DNA from: a virus
Lineage: Duplodnaviria; Caudoviricetes
Reading direction: 5' to 3' (one strand)
Length of the DNA stretch: 46,628 nt
IMG/VR virus record: IMGVR_UViG_3300014613_000008
Span: 1 to 46,628 of that record
Positions within the stretch are counted from its first letter, which is position 1. The number at the start of each line of letters is the position of its first letter. The notes beneath the pieces were generated by a model that was given only the letters and a program-made list of their open reading frames with translations, searched no databases and had not been told where the DNA came from. This document shows, in pieces, positions 44,306 through 46,628 of the stretch. The position numbers and the translations under genes are program-made.

Positions 44306-46628
44306 AGGTCTTGTTCTTTATAACCTTCGAGACCACGAACAGGGCGGCCTCATTGATCTTGCAGTCCCCTCCGCAATCTTCGGCGTTCACGTATTCCACA
44401 GAGAGCCACCGGTGGCGGGTTCCAAGTTCGGCTTTGTCCCCGACCACTTTTCGTAGATCGATGTCGGTTGCTCCTGGCGTTACTCCCGTAAGCGCCGCTG
44501 TCCGGAACACCGAACTCTGCATGTCTAGATAGACGTTCGCCGTGATCGTCTTGGTCGCCGGCAGTTCATACTTAGTCATGAGCAGCCGGCCGATACCGTG
44601 CGCCCACATGTCGATCCAGCCCTTCCGGTAGGTCGCCGTGATTGGCGTCGTGTGGTCCGCCGTCCCGTAATCACAGAGATCGATAAACCCATCTCTGGTT
44701 CCCATTTTCAGGACGCGCTTTCCGGTCGAATCCTTACAGGAGACAAGGCAGGACGGCACTTTGTAGAACTGAAAATAATAGAACTTGTTCCGGATGTAGT
44801 TCCAGACTGTCGTGATGGCCGCGGCTCCAGAAAGTCGGCTGGGGATGGAAAACCAAACCTCGTTGAACTCCTTGTCGTGAGCGATCGACATGTATTTGTA
44901 ACCGGTGGGGTCCGCCGTCAAGAACGTCTTGTTGATCGCAACGGAGAAAGTCGGGCTGAATGGCCTTACCCCATCATAAATCTCCAGACCGCGCTCAGAG
45001 GGAAACATGAGCATGTCGTTCACGCAGATAACCCCATTGTCCGCGATGCACCCGATGTCAGCATTTAGATGATAAGGAGCATATCCGAACGCCGTTTTCT
45101 GGATGATGAAGATGTCGTTCCGCTTGAACACGTAGAGCGCGTCCTTATAGGCGACCATGGCCGTAATGACATCATCCTGGTCGCCCTTGTTGACGGGGAC
45201 GAACCTTTCGTCCAGAGAGAACTCCTCCGGCACTCCTCCGCCTTCGCGCACCGCTGAATAGTAGATCACATTCTCTGAGTGGTCAGCGATCCAGAGCCGG
45301 TTGTCCCACCATTCGGAGAACTTCCCGATTGTAGAGGATGCGGCAGAGAAGAGATCCCGGTCCTCCTCCATCTCGTCGCCAAGCACCATATCTGGGATAT
45401 TATCCAAGAATGTCGTTGATATGTTCTCATAGAGCGTAGTGAGATAAAAAAACTTCGCCCCCTCGGAAGCCGTCCTATAAATCTTTCTTCCCGTTACCTG
45501 CCCGTCGGTCGACACAGGAATCGACGTCAACGTGATTTGTTGTTTGCCCGCTGCTGCAGAAATGGCAGACGCCGTGAACACCCAATAGTCAGTCGCCGTA
45601 TGTCCGGTGATCGACGCAAAAGCCAAGACTATTCCATAAGGCAAATAGATCCTAGCCCCAATCATCGTTTCGGCAGACCACGTCGTCCCGCTGTCCTCGC
45701 TCCATTGGATCGTGTCTTGTGGGCTTGCCGCCGTCTTTACTCTTACGCGAAAAGTCTTGGTCATAGGCCCCGTGTACTCGCTTTCCGCGTGGATCGTCAT
45801 GTCATTAACGCCGGTTCCCGTGAACGCGACGCTACCGATAATGCTTTTTATCGGGTTTGATTCACAACCAAAGTTTCCGCCCCTAAAATACGTGATGGCA
45901 TATCGATAAATTCCAGAGAGTTTTGCCGTCTCCGAAGATGTCGGCGAGATCTTGATGTTATCGATCCAGACGTAAGCGTCCGTGACCGACGAACAAGTCG
46001 TCGTCAGGGAGACGTGGTTGTAATAGGTCAGGTCGGGGTTGTAGCAAGAAAATGGTCCATATCCGCGGGTCTGGCCGTCATAGGTGGCATAGACCCAGAT
46101 CTTAACGTCACCCTGATCACTCCCGTCAACAAGAATTTTCCACGTGGACCATTTCATTACCGGAAGAGTATCGGTGACATTGATATTTATTCCGTTTGTA
46201 GGAAGTAACCAAACACCATCGGATCTGAATTGAAGTTCAACATAAAAACCATCGCTATAAACCTTGATTGTATGAGCGCCCCCTGCTCCGTATGCTCCTA
46301 GGATAAGGAAATAGGCCGAAAATTCAAGGCCATAGATGTTGGTTATTTTCTTAGTAAGTTGTCGGCTTCTTTTCGCATATAGGGAGAACGCTCCAATTCC
46401 AGAGGCAAATTTCATGTATTTAGCATCGTTGTCTGGGCCGGCGACCCCTGGTCCTGCGGTGTCTAACGTAGACGCCCCGGAAGTGTCGCCGTCTACCCAA
46501 ACCGCATCCATCGCGGCTTGGTTAGCATAGTTCATCGAATCATCTAGGGGTATCTCGTCTGAGGAAACATAAGACGCGACTACGGTTGGGATGGTCGTTG
46601 GCGCAGTAATCCCGATCTGGCGGACGTC
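44295..46628 (-). CDS. 3' part of tail nozzle/tubular protein B-like gene (begins at 537 across the origin)
   Basis: WDNRLWIA, IYYS...PE, ITAM, LYVFK, IGCIA beta-propeller pattern; FN3-like YRYAITY...ES...RKIYRT segment. Confidence 0.85.
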   Translation of the reverse strand, partial: DVRQIGITAPTTIPTVVASYVSSDEIPLDDSMNYANQAAMDAVWVDGDTSGASTLDTAGPGVAGPDNDAKYMKFASGIGAFSLYAKRSRQLTKKITNIYGLEFSAYFLILGAYGAGGAHTIKVYSDGFYVELQFRSDGVWLLPTNGININVTDTLPVMKWSTWKILVDGSDQGDVKIWVYATYDGQTRGYGPFSCYNPDLTYYNHVSLTTTCSSVTDAYVWIDNIKISPTSSETAKLSGIYRYAITYFRGGNFGCESNPIKSIIGSVAFTGTGVNDMTIHAESEYTGPMTKTFRVRVKTAASPQDTIQWSEDSGTTWSAETMIGARIYLPYGIVLAFASITGHTATDYWVFTASAISAAAGKQQITLTSIPVSTDGQVTGRKIYRTASEGAKFFYLTTLYENISTTFLDNIPDMVLGDEMEEDRDLFSAASSTIGKFSEWWDNRLWIADHSENVIYYSAVREGGGVPEEFSLDERFVPVNKGDQDDVITAMVAYKDALYVFKRNDIFIIQKTAFGYAPYHLNADIGCIADNGVICVNDMLMFPSERGLEIYDGVRPFSPTFSVAINKTFLTADPTGYKYMSIAHDKEFNEVWFSIPSRLSGAAAITTVWNYIRNKFYYFQFYKVPSCLVSCKDSTGKRVLKMGTRDGFIDLCDYGTADHTTPITATYRKGWIDMWAHGIGRLLMTKYELPATKTITANVYLDMQSSVFRTAALTGVTPGATDIDLRKVVGDKAELGTRHRWLSVEYVNAEDCGGDCKINEAALFVVSKVIKNKTYAN
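46506..46628. repeat. Terminal direct repeat, copy 2
   Basis: Identical to 1-123. Confidence 0.95.

Noticed and set aside
46506-46628. 123-bp repeat as a biological terminal repeat
   Set aside because: It falls mid-gene with the frame continuous across the join, as expected for an assembler overlap.
1-46628. tRNA, rRNA or CRISPR arrays
   Set aside because: None recognised by eye; tRNAscan-SE or Infernal would be needed to exclude them.

Overview
The window is a complete, circularly assembled genome of a tailed phage with podovirus-like gene order. Unique length is 46,505 bp, since bases 1-123 repeat at 46506-46628. Two arms diverge from a palindrome/TA-rich non-coding block at about 16.1-16.9 kb, the probable physical genome end. 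The + arm (16.9-29.2 kb) carries small early genes, an SSB-like protein, RecT, an exonuclease, a replication initiator, a Dam-like methylase, a LAGLIDADG endonuclease, DUF5131 and a resolvase. The - arm carries terminase (with intein), portal, HNH, scaffold, capsid, adaptor, a nozzle gene spanning the origin, tail fibre, three ejection-type proteins and lysis genes. The main finding is an 18-bp non-palindromic motif, CGGACG-NNR-GC-N-TTAYRA, in six copies. All six lie at the start of the divergent transcription units and point away from the putative terminus. The 3102-aa ejection-locus protein contains a sigma-70-like region 2 + region 4 module, plus GGDEF, ADP-ribosyltransferase-like, GHKL ATPase and HEXXH peptidase modules. 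I infer a virion-delivered sigma factor with its own early promoters, carried in an injected host-takeover polyprotein; this is untested. A homing endonuclease also appears to have captured the start of its DUF5131 target gene and supplied a recoded replacement N-terminus. All family assignments are by eye from motifs and synteny; no database searches were run.
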